A model generated the notes under the pieces. It was not told the DNA's origin. It did not search any database and saw only the letters and a list, made by a program, of their open reading frames with translations. Positions 1 to 11,324 of a DNA stretch of 32,000 nt are shown piece by piece. The DNA is from Akkermansia muciniphila ATCC BAA-835 (lineage in GTDB: Bacteria > Verrucomicrobiota > Verrucomicrobiia > Verrucomicrobiales > Akkermansiaceae). The first letter of the stretch is position 1. Each line of letters opens with the position of its first letter. The position numbers were made by a program, and so were the translations under genes. Location of the stretch: assembly GCF_000020225.1 (NCBI RefSeq), contig NC_010655.1:720001-752000 (forward strand). Direction: 5' to 3'.

Positions 1-328
1 AGCAGCCCAGGGTACGGACGCCTCCGACTGGGAGGCCCGCAATAAGGACGCGAACGCCGCCCAGATAGAGACGGAATATCTGGAACAGCGCAATCAGGCC
101 CTGGAACTGCTCATCAGCTGGTTTGGCCAGGCAGCCCTGATTGCCTCCGGAGCCCCGGAAGTCGCTCCGATTCATCCGGAGGTGCGCACGCTGGCCGCCC
201 AGATGCCCGTGAACGAATTGCTGAAACGCATGGAGGCCCTCAACAGGCTCCGTGATGATTTGAATTTCAATATTCACGAAGCCCTGGCCCTGGATGTCCA
301 CCTGCTGGCGGCCGTCGGGTCCTGCTGA
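1..328 (+). CDS. C-terminal fragment of a hypothetical protein (5' end lies outside the window)
   Basis: The frame starting at nt 2 is open from the window edge to TGA at 326-328. Own translation: ...DASDWEARNKDANAAQIETEYLEQRNQALELLISWFGQ...LNFNIHEALALDVHLLAAVGSC*. It is missing from the ORF track only because it has no start codon in the window. No family recognised. Confidence 0.5.
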   Translation, partial: AAQGTDASDWEARNKDANAAQIETEYLEQRNQALELLISWFGQAALIASGAPEVAPIHPEVRTLAAQMPVNELLKRMEALNRLRDDLNFNIHEALALDVHLLAAVGSC

Positions 329-389
329 CGAACAACCCCGCCTGTTACCGTCGGGCCGCGCACGGCATTGGAAAAGGCGCAGAAGGTCT

Positions 390-905
390 CTATTTTTCCC
401 TTTCCTTCCGGAGCAGGGGCGCCATGATTTCCTCATAGGCGCGGAATTTCTGCTCATACGTCAGCCGCGCCGCCGCCGGACTGGTGGAAGGCATTTGAAT
501 GACGGAAAGCGTTTCCCGAAGGAACAGTTCGGGAAAATACCGTTTAAGGTATTTATGGGAAGCGGTGCCGTTGCAGCAGACCACGCCGATGCCCGGGAAG
601 CGATCCAGCAGGGCCGCAATGTCATTGGGCCGTTCCTGGGAGATGTGCTGGTCCAGGCTGCCGGGCCTGACGCCGGAGGCCACCACGTCCCACAGCCCCA
701 CCCCGCCCCGGTTGAGCAGGGACAGGCGTTCCCCATATGGCAGGGAGGGATCGAACCCCAGAAGGGACCCCATGATTTTCCAGAACGCGTTGCGGGGATG
801 GGCATAATACTGGGCCTGACGCAGGGATTCGTCTCCCGGCAGGGAACCGAGCACCAGCACGGAACAGTCCGGGGTGACGGAAGGAGGGAAGGAGCATTTT
901 TTCAC
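390..905 (-). CDS. DNA-deoxyinosine (hypoxanthine) glycosylase, uracil-DNA glycosylase superfamily
   Basis: 171-aa ORF. VLVLGSLPGDESL...YYAHPRNAFW near the N-terminus and MPSTSPAAA near the C-terminus resemble UDG-superfamily motifs A and B. It lies 12 nt downstream of ORF 918..1724 on the same strand. Confidence 0.8.
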   Translation of the reverse strand: MKKCSFPPSVTPDCSVLVLGSLPGDESLRQAQYYAHPRNAFWKIMGSLLGFDPSLPYGERLSLLNRGGVGLWDVVASGVRPGSLDQHISQERPNDIAALLDRFPGIGVVCCNGTASHKYLKRYFPELFLRETLSVIQMPSTSPAAARLTYEQKFRAYEEIMAPLLRKEREK

Positions 906-917
906 GGCGGGAAACGG

Positions 918-1724
918 TCAGGGGTTCTGCATGCCGGAATGCCTGCGCACTTCCTTCATGCCCACTTCCTGCCGAAGCAGGGAGGACAGCCACGAGTGGC
1001 TTCCCACGGAGGGGGCCAGGTTGAACCGTTCCGGCCTGGTGATGCGCGTGAAAATGACGCGCCTGATCCGCGATTTGGGCACCGTCCTGGCTCCGTAACC
1101 GTCCGGAATGTTGGAGGACCAGAACGTTACCTGATCCCCTCCATCCTTCACCAGGACGGTCAGATGGCCGGATTCCCGGCGCCCGATGCGGTCCGTCCAG
1201 AAAATTTTCATGAAGTCGCCGGGGCGGGCCTTCCTCCAGTCCTCAAAGTTGATGCCGGCTCCCAGCCTGTGCACCAGGACGGCCAGGCCGGGGCCATTGG
1301 CGTTCGCCCATCCCCACGGCCCTTCCCCGTCATGCTGGCCGAAGCGGGGGATGAGGGCCAGCCACGCGCGTTCGGAAATAACGGGCCGCGGCTGTGCAGA
1401 GTCCCATATCTGCAGGGATTTCAAAAGGAGCAGGTAGCAGGCGGAGGAACAGAAGGAGGGCGTGGCGTTACGGAGAAGAAAAACGGGACGGCGCGTGCGG
1501 GGGTCCCAGCGGCAGGCTTTCTCCGCAAGGGCCTGCATGGCTTCCCTGCTGGTTTCGTAGCCGCCGCCGTTCCGGAACTGGGAAAGTCCGGTCCGCAGGG
1601 CCTGGTACCAAGAAGCCGCCCCCGAAGGCACAACGCTCCCCCGCCCCGTGGAAGAAAGGTCCGCAGCCGATGCTGCGGAGCACAGCAATCCAAGACAGCA
1701 AATTAATGTCAGGGCGTTCCTCAT
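918..1724 (-). CDS. secreted hypothetical protein (possible papain-like Cys/His hydrolase fold)
   Basis: Track ORF 918..1763. I prefer the internal ATG at 1724 (MRNALTLICCLGLLCSAASA), which gives a signal peptide. SFCSSACYLL ... RPGDFMKIFW ... SGHLTVLV is reminiscent of NlpC/P60- or CHAP-type enzymes. The family call is tentative. Confidence 0.65.
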   Translation of the reverse strand: MRNALTLICCLGLLCSAASAADLSSTGRGSVVPSGAASWYQALRTGLSQFRNGGGYETSREAMQALAEKACRWDPRTRRPVFLLRNATPSFCSSACYLLLLKSLQIWDSAQPRPVISERAWLALIPRFGQHDGEGPWGWANANGPGLAVLVHRLGAGINFEDWRKARPGDFMKIFWTDRIGRRESGHLTVLVKDGGDQVTFWSSNIPDGYGARTVPKSRIRRVIFTRITRPERFNLAPSVGSHSWLSSLLRQEVGMKEVRRHSGMQNP

Positions 1725-1978
1725 CCTTGCTCCGCAGGGTATACGGACGGTGGAAAATATCAAGGGCGGATTGCGTGCGGCACTGTACGAAAAGGAAAGA
1801 AGGCCATAGCCTTTTCCCCGGAATTCCTGTTGTTTTGTCTGGACTTATCGCCCGGCGTCCCGTACTGTGCGTCAGGTCACGCGCCGGGTATGCGGAGCGG
1901 AGAGGCAACGCACCTTGGGCGGACCTTGTTTCCGGCATTTATTTTTAACCACCACGGACCACATAGAGGCATCATACC

Positions 1979-5173
<3,195 letters not shown>

Positions 5174-5196
5174 ACGGGAAATACGCCGGCTATTTC

Positions 5197-5237
5197 AATA
5201 AAACCCCGCATGCCTGAAACGCATGCGGGGTTTTATT
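5197..5237. terminator. bidirectional rho-independent terminator between convergent carB and the PP2C gene
   Basis: Perfect 17-bp stem: aataaaaccccgcatgc (5197-5213) pairs with gcatgcggggttttatt (5221-5237). The loop is 7 nt (ctgaaac). The A/T-rich outer stem supplies a U-tract on both strands. Confidence 0.75.
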
Positions 5238-5314
5238 CATCGTCCGGCAGACGGAGGATGTGAATCTCAAAAATCGCCTGTCCGCAAATTACCTCCTTGC
5301 CGCACTAATGCAGA

Positions 5315-6094
5315 TCAAGCCCCTGGTATCTCCACACAAATCAGTGTAGCGTTATCCTGGTTGGGATCGCCGCCGCGGCTGATGCCATCCAACACGGAAC
5401 GCACCAGTTCCTCCGCGGAAAGCATGGACAAATACCGTATCCGTGCCGGCCCCATGGAATTCAGATAAGATTCTACCCCGTCACTGGCAACCAGAAGACG
5501 GTCTCCCGGAACCAGAGGGAAGCATTCCTCCTGCAAATTCACCAAAAAAATTTCCCTCCCCATCAGGGCAGAGGTCAAAAAATGCCGGGAAGGATGGTTC
5601 AAAGCCTCATCCCGGCTGATGACTCCTTCATCCGCCATACGGTCCAATTCCTCGGAATACTGATGCAATTCATTAAGCAGAAACATTTTTTCTTTCCTAA
5701 TAAGAAGCAGGAGGGAATCCCCCACGCTGACCCAGCGCAATCCTTCCCTCCCTATCCAGGCCGCTACCAGCGTCGTTCCCATTTCCTCATCCTTTCCTTC
5801 TTTTTTCCGGACAGCGAGCACCTGTTCATTTGCGGCGGCTAATGCAGCCTTCATTTTTTCTCCGGGCGAGACGGATTCCCGCTCAAAAGCCCGGGAAAAA
5901 CCTTCTACAGCCGCGCGACTGGCCAGTTCTCCGCCAGTGTACCCTCCCATGCCGTCCGCCAGAACCAGTAGCAGGGCATCCTCTTCAGCCAGAATGGAAA
6001 AGGTATCCTGCTGATTATCGCGCCCCCCCTGAATCTGGTCTCCATACAATCCGGAAGCCAGAACAGTATCTTGGTAAAAAGACTGCTGCATCAT
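5315..6094 (-). CDS. PP2C-family Ser/Thr protein phosphatase
   Basis: 259-aa ORF with GGRDNQQD, VLADGMGG and ASDGV motifs, the metal-binding Asp signatures of PP2C/PPM phosphatases. Confidence 0.9.
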   Translation of the reverse strand: MMQQSFYQDTVLASGLYGDQIQGGRDNQQDTFSILAEEDALLLVLADGMGGYTGGELASRAAVEGFSRAFERESVSPGEKMKAALAAANEQVLAVRKKEGKDEEMGTTLVAAWIGREGLRWVSVGDSLLLLIRKEKMFLLNELHQYSEELDRMADEGVISRDEALNHPSRHFLTSALMGREIFLVNLQEECFPLVPGDRLLVASDGVESYLNSMGPARIRYLSMLSAEELVRSVLDGISRGGDPNQDNATLICVEIPGA

Positions 6095-6106
6095 GCTAAT
6101 AAAACA

Positions 6107-6343
6107 CTATACCACAGCAGGATTGACTAAATAAAGCAAAAATAGCGGGAGGAAAAAGCCATTCCTGAAGTCCTGGGATGTTTTTTCCAAAGGGGCGGAC
6201 ACGGCATAGGCAAAGAAATGCGAAGGGAACGCCCCGGCAGAAAGAACCCATACAAAACCGGAATGATAAGCGGAAAACAGCCATTGAATGCCCCAACCCG
6301 CAAGCGCTCCCAGCGCTCTCCGGAGTGTTGCGCCAGGGAACAC
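6107..6343 (-). CDS. possible small membrane protein upstream of the PP2C gene
   Basis: 78-codon ORF with a GTG start, ending 12 nt before the PP2C start. It has three hydrophobic stretches (ALGALAGWGIQWLFSAY, GFVWVLSAGAFPSHFFAYAV, GFFLPLFLLYLVNPAVV). No homology recognised, and competing ORFs overlap it. Confidence 0.3.
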   Translation of the reverse strand: MFPGATLRRALGALAGWGIQWLFSAYHSGFVWVLSAGAFPSHFFAYAVSAPLEKTSQDFRNGFFLPLFLLYLVNPAVV

Positions 6344-6427
6344 TTTCCGCCCAGGAAGAAGAAAGGAAAGTTTTTACTGGTGGCAGAAAAAATAATTCTC
6401 TACTATATTTTTCTGATTTTTTATTCC

Positions 6428-6823
6428 ATGAGCCTTCATTCCGCCCCCTCCATCGTTTGGGAACTTTCCGGAGAGCCCTGTGAAACGCGGGATCAAGCCC
6501 TGTCCGGCATTAAAAATAACACGGAAGCTTTCATTATCTGCAGCCGTGGTGACGAATTCCTCCAGGCCACCTGCAATAGTCCGGAAAATTACCATTGCGA
6601 AATTTCGTTTGCCGGCGGAAAGGACAGGGAGCTTTACATGACGCCCAAAGACCTGGACTACTCCCGGCTCCATGACCTTTTTTCACGCTATGCGGCAGGG
6701 GAGGATCTTTCCCATCTCAAAAAGGAGTGGACTCTTGATGCCCACAAACCCGGCTATATTACCGCCATCGTTGTCGTTCTGGCAATCATTGCCGTCCTTG
6801 CCGTCATCATCTTCAGTTCCTGA
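6428..6823 (+). CDS. hypothetical protein with a C-terminal transmembrane anchor
   Basis: Track ORF 6218..6823. The region upstream of the ATG at 6428 is Arg/Lys-rich junk, so I start at MSLHSAPSIVWEL. The C-terminus ITAIVVVLAIIAVLAVIIF is a single TM helix. No family recognised. Confidence 0.55.
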   Translation: MSLHSAPSIVWELSGEPCETRDQALSGIKNNTEAFIICSRGDEFLQATCNSPENYHCEISFAGGKDRELYMTPKDLDYSRLHDLFSRYAAGEDLSHLKKEWTLDAHKPGYITAIVVVLAIIAVLAVIIFSS

Positions 6824-6874
6824 ACCGAAAAGAGGCCTTTCCTTTTCCGGAGGCCATGCATGAACGCCGCATCC

Positions 6875-7624
6875 TCAGCACTTCCCCAGATACACCACAG
6901 TTTCATTCGGAACCGTAACGCGCCCCTCCGTTTCAAACCGGTCAAACAGCTTTTCCAGGGCGTCCAGCCAGGAGGACCGCTCTTCTCCGCCCTCCGTCAA
7001 GGCATAGGAGGTGGACATCATGCGGCGGAGATACTGCTCCCGCGTGTAGGACAAATCATTTGGAAAGCGGAATATCTGGAAACGGTGGTTGAAAAACGCT
7101 CCAATGCTGTCCGTCAACTTCGCCAGCCCTCCGCTGAATCCATAAAAACACGGACAGTAAAGACGGTGGATATTTCCTTCTTCCCGGACAACGGGACTGT
7201 CTTCCACCCTGGAGTTCCAAATCAGTGCGACCTTGCCTCCTCCGGACAGAATACGGCGGCATTCCCTCTTGAACGCGGCGGCGTCAAACCAGTGGAATGA
7301 CTGCGCCGCCGTCACCAGATCCACCGAAGATCCGGGAAGCCCGGTCCGCTCCGCCGTTCCCGCCACGGAATGAAAACGGGGAAAAGCGGACAGCCGTTTC
7401 TCCGCTTCCTTCCGCATGTCATCATTGGGCTCCACGCCATACACGGTCCAGCCGCGCTCCAGCATGGCGCGGGAAAGAATGCCCGTTCCGGAACCTATAT
7501 CCGCCAGACGGGGATTCTCCCGGCGGCTCTCCCGCGTCAGAAGCCCAACAACGGAGGAGGGATAATCGGGTCTGCCCTGGGCATAAGCCCGGGCTTTTCC
7601 AGTAAATCGGTCAGTATTATTCAT
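6875..7624 (-). CDS. class I SAM-dependent methyltransferase
   Basis: 249-aa ORF. LADIGSGTGILS is SAM-binding motif I, followed by VYGVEPNDDM (motif II-like). Confidence 0.9.
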   Translation of the reverse strand: MNNTDRFTGKARAYAQGRPDYPSSVVGLLTRESRRENPRLADIGSGTGILSRAMLERGWTVYGVEPNDDMRKEAEKRLSAFPRFHSVAGTAERTGLPGSSVDLVTAAQSFHWFDAAAFKRECRRILSGGGKVALIWNSRVEDSPVVREEGNIHRLYCPCFYGFSGGLAKLTDSIGAFFNHRFQIFRFPNDLSYTREQYLRRMMSTSYALTEGGEERSSWLDALEKLFDRFETEGRVTVPNETVVYLGKC

Positions 7625-7942
7625 TAGTTTTCAGGATATGGTTTACTCCTTTTCTCCCGCTGTTCCAGCCTCAATGCCGTACCCGGCTCAAGAAAAGCCG
7701 CCATGCTGCGGGAGCCCGGGAAAAAACGGATTTGCCCGGTGACCGTCATGCAGAAAGGCATGCGGGAAAGATTGCGTTCCTTGCCCATTTCCCGGCAACA
7801 TGGACGGAGCAGTCCCTACAGATGGCTTTACAAGTCCTTCATGAACTTTTAGTATCCGGCTCAGGCCCGCCTTTCCCGGATTGTGTCCTGACTACGGGAA
7901 AAACGAACATCTGCGGGTTCCATTTTTCAGACTGCGCCGCCC

Positions 7943-9877
7943 ATGTTCGGATATTACAGACTTGCCTCCGCCGTCCCCCAGCTCCGCGTGGCTGAAGTGG
8001 ACTACAATGTCGACCAACTTACGGAGGGATTCCGGAAAGCCGCAGAACAGCAGGCGGCGGCCGTCGTTTTCCCGGAACTGTGCATTACGGGCTATTCCTG
8101 CGGAGACCTTTTCTTCCAGCCGAACCTGAGGAAAGCAGCCCTGAACGGCCTGCTCCGCTTTACGGAAGCCACGGAAGGCTCCGGCACGATTGCCGTGGTG
8201 GGCCTGCCCTTCCTTCATGAAGACGCTCTGTATAATACGGCGGCGGTAGTGCAGTCCGGCCGCATTCTGGCTCTGGTGCCCAAAACCGTGCTCCCCAACT
8301 ACCGGGAATTCTACGAAAAGCGGCAATTCACCTCCGGCAGGGAATTGGGTACAGGAGTGAAGGAAGTCACAGTCAATGGGGTGCATATCCCGTTCGGGAC
8401 GGAAATCGTTTTTCATGAAGAATCGTCTCCCTTCAGTTTTGGCGTGGAAATATGTGAAGACCTGTGGAGCGTCATTCCTCCCAGTTCCAAACTGGCTCTT
8501 CTGGGTGCCAGAGCCATTCTCAACCCTTCCGCAGGAACGGAACTCACCGGTAAGGCCGCATACAGGAGGGAACTGGTCAGACAGCAGAGCGGCAGATGCC
8601 TCTGCGCCTATGTCCTTTCCTCCGCAGGTGTGCATGAATCCACCACAGACACCGTATTCGGCGGCCATTCCCTCATTGCGGACAACGGCAGGCCAGCAGC
8701 GGAGGGGGAACGGTTCTGCAGGGAAAGCACCCTCATCTTTGCGGACGTGGATTTTGAACGGCTGGAGGCGGCGCGCCTCTCTGAAAGCTCCTTCAATGAC
8801 AGCAAATCCCTTTTCCCTGCCGGGAATGCCCTGCATCTGGCCCTGCCGGAACAGGTTCCCGGAGCGCCCGGCCTGGAATACGCTTTCAACCCGGCACTGC
8901 CCTTTCTGCCTTCTCCGTCCCGCCGCCGGGAACGGTGTGAAGAAATCATCTCCATCCAAACGGCAGGTCTGGCCAAAAGAATGGAACATACCCGCGCGCA
9001 ACGGCTCGTCATCGGCATCTCCGGCGGGCTGGACTCCACGCTGGCTCTGCTCATCTGCTCCCGCGCCTGCCGTGCGCTGAAGCGCCCTGCCTCGGACATT
9101 CTGGCCGTGACAATGCCCGGTTTCGGCACCACGGACAGAACCCATGACAATGCCGTAACCATGTGCCGCCTTCTGGGCGTGGAACTTCGTGAAATCCCCA
9201 TCTCGGAATGCTGCCTCCGGCACTTCGCCGACATCGGGCACGATCCTGCCGAACGAACCACCACTTATGAAAACGTCCAGGCCCGCGAACGCACGCAAAT
9301 TCTGATGGATTTGGCCAATAAAACCGGGGGGCTGGTCGTGGGAACAGGGGACTTGTCGGAAATTGCCCTGGGATGGAGCACCTACAATGGGGACCACATG
9401 TCCATGTACGCGGTCAACTGCTCCATTCCGAAAACGCTGATACGCTGCCTCATTGAACACATCGCGGAAGAATCATCCCCGGAACTGGCAGCCACCCTCG
9501 CGGACATCAACAACACTCCCGTCAGCCCGGAACTCCTGCCGCCGTCGGACGACGGCACCATTGAGCAGAAAACGGAAGATGTGCTTGGGCCTTACGACCT
9601 GCACGACTTTTTCCTCTTCCACTTCATTAAATACGGTGCGGAACCGGATAAAATCCTGCACCTGGCGGAACATGCCTTCCGCGGCGAATTTCAGCCGGAC
9701 TTCATCCGCCGCTGCCTCGGCATCTTCATCCGCCGTTTCTTCCGTCAGCAATTCAAGCGCAGCTGCATGCCGGACGGCCCCAAGGTGGGCACCATTTCCC
9801 TTTCCCCGCGCGGGGACTGGCGCATGCCTTCCGACGCCTGCGGAACCGTGTGGGAAAAAGCCATCCCCCACTACTGA
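7943..9877 (+). CDS. nadE: glutamine-dependent NAD(+) synthetase
   Basis: 644-aa ORF. The N-terminal nitrilase/CN-hydrolase domain has FPELCITGY and GVEICEDLW. The C-terminal NAD synthetase domain has the PP-loop GISGGLDST. Confidence 0.95.
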   Translation: MFGYYRLASAVPQLRVAEVDYNVDQLTEGFRKAAEQQAAAVVFPELCITGYSCGDLFFQPNLRKAALNGLLRFTEATEGSGTIAVVGLPFLHEDALYNTAAVVQSGRILALVPKTVLPNYREFYEKRQFTSGRELGTGVKEVTVNGVHIPFGTEIVFHEESSPFSFGVEICEDLWSVIPPSSKLALLGARAILNPSAGTELTGKAAYRRELVRQQSGRCLCAYVLSSAGVHESTTDTVFGGHSLIADNGRPAAEGERFCRESTLIFADVDFERLEAARLSESSFNDSKSLFPAGNALHLALPEQVPGAPGLEYAFNPALPFLPSPSRRRERCEEIISIQTAGLAKRMEHTRAQRLVIGISGGLDSTLALLICSRACRALKRPASDILAVTMPGFGTTDRTHDNAVTMCRLLGVELREIPISECCLRHFADIGHDPAERTTTYENVQARERTQILMDLANKTGGLVVGTGDLSEIALGWSTYNGDHMSMYAVNCSIPKTLIRCLIEHIAEESSPELAATLADINNTPVSPELLPPSDDGTIEQKTEDVLGPYDLHDFFLFHFIKYGAEPDKILHLAEHAFRGEFQPDFIRRCLGIFIRRFFRQQFKRSCMPDGPKVGTISLSPRGDWRMPSDACGTVWEKAIPHY

Positions 9878-9944
9878 GACCTCCTATCCGGAAAGTTGCG
9901 GAGACGGCTTTTCCCGGAACCCGGCAAGGATGCCGAAGACCGCA

Positions 9945-10280
9945 TCAATGCCCGGGGGCCAACTTCAGCCCGATAATGCCTATCAGCAGGAAGGATGCCG
10001 CCAGCATGCGCCAGATATTGGAAGAATCCCCGAACCACAGAATACCAACCAGGAACGTGCCCAACGCGCCAATGCCGGTCCATACCGCATAAGCGGTGCC
10101 GATGGGGATGTTCCGCTGGGCAAGCCACAAAAGAAAACCGCTCAGAACCATGCTGAAAACGGAGCAGGCGATACAGGCGGCGAATTTGCCGGGCCCAGTG
10201 CCGGGCGTTTGAGAAAGTTTGAAACCCAGAGGCCATCCGATCTCGCAGAGACCGGCCAACACCAGATAAATCCAGGACAT
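9945..10280 (-). CDS. sugE: SMR-family small multidrug resistance protein / guanidinium exporter (SugE/Gdx-like)
   Basis: 111-aa ORF with four TM segments. MSWIYLVLAGLCEIGW contains the conserved membrane Glu, and GTAYAVWTGIGA is typical of SugE/Gdx. Confidence 0.9.
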   Translation of the reverse strand: MSWIYLVLAGLCEIGWPLGFKLSQTPGTGPGKFAACIACSVFSMVLSGFLLWLAQRNIPIGTAYAVWTGIGALGTFLVGILWFGDSSNIWRMLAASFLLIGIIGLKLAPGH

Positions 10281-10592
10281 ATATCGAAACGGGGAATCAC
10301 CTTCCGCTCACCGGCCTTCCCAAACGGAAAAAGCTCCAAGGGCAACGGATGCCCTGCAGAATATCTGCCCGGCGTTTCCGATCAAGGCAATAATTTTTTA
10401 TGAACCCGTATAAAATGGGATACACACTGTTTCACCGGCTTCGGAAAAATGGTTCTTTCAAACATGAAATCTACAAAAACATATTTACCATAAGTCACAT
10501 ACCTGTTCTTTTTAATTAAAAAACGGTCTTATTTCAAGCCTTCTCGAATATCCTTGAGCCGGAAGCCTCCGCCCTGTGATATTGGTTCCGTT

Positions 10593-11306
10593 ATGGCTAT
10601 TCATTATTCACTTACCGCCATCATTCTGACCGGAAGCATGGCTTCCACGGGAATCGCGGCTACTACATGGACAAGCGCCACCCCCGATCTCTCCCCCACA
10701 TCCCAGTACCTGTGCACCGGATGGTCTTTCTGCCTGGGAGAAGCAGGGTCAAGGCTTATCACGACCAGCACGCCGCATTCCCAGCCAATGGATGCAGAAG
10801 TACGTCTAACGTCCATTGATTTCAATTTGAGAGAGGCCAGAAAGAACGGAACAGGCCTGCTCATCGTGCAACATTCAGGCGGTATCCAAACCATTATCGG
10901 CAAATCGGACAATACCATTTCTACTGGAAACTATGTTTCCGGAACATGGACTTTTACCAACGGGCCAATTTTAAACACAGGCACTACTTATTACGCCATG
11001 TTTACTGAAACGGATCTGTCCGCCATCAGCATAGGAGACTGCTGGGACAACGATTTCTTCTCCATCAACGGTTCCCGGCGTATCGACAATTCCATGGATA
11101 ACGCAGCCGGAACGGGGCCGTCTGTCAACCAGCTCGCTTTAGTCGGCTCCAATTGGCAAAAGGACTTTATTGCCCGTAACGATAACATGGTTCCCACAGG
11201 TCTTCAAATCCATACACAGGCCGTACCGGAACCGGCAAGCGCATTGCTGCTTACGTTTGGCATGGCGCTTCTGCCCTTCAGACGCCGCAAATCTCCCACA
11301 CTTTAA
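10593..11306 (+). CDS. PEP-CTERM sorting-domain secreted protein, function unknown
   Basis: Track ORF starts at a TTG (10554). I prefer the ATG at 10593 (MAIHYSLTAIILTGSMASTGIAA, a signal peptide). The C-terminus VPEPASALLLTFGMALLPFRRRK is a canonical PEP-CTERM anchor: PEP, a TM helix, then a basic tail. Confidence 0.8.
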   Translation: MAIHYSLTAIILTGSMASTGIAATTWTSATPDLSPTSQYLCTGWSFCLGEAGSRLITTSTPHSQPMDAEVRLTSIDFNLREARKNGTGLLIVQHSGGIQTIIGKSDNTISTGNYVSGTWTFTNGPILNTGTTYYAMFTETDLSAISIGDCWDNDFFSINGSRRIDNSMDNAAGTGPSVNQLALVGSNWQKDFIARNDNMVPTGLQIHTQAVPEPASALLLTFGMALLPFRRRKSPTL

Positions 11307-11324
11307 TTACAACATCCATTTCCC

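Noticed and set aside
1890-1912. CGGAGAGGCA in the carB leader resembles the PyrR-binding loop core (CAGAGAGGCU)
   Set aside because: It matches only about 8/10 positions, lacks the preceding UCC and has no adjacent terminator/antiterminator pair that I could fold. Whether this lineage has PyrR is also unknown to me.
10281-10400. A possible guanidine riboswitch in the ~120-nt leader of the SugE/Gdx exporter gene
   Set aside because: I read the minus-strand leader against the guanidine-I (ykkC), -II (mini-ykkC ACGR loops) and -III consensus features as I remember them and found no match. The only structure seen was a small GGGCA/UGCCC hairpin. An Rfam scan could still overturn this.
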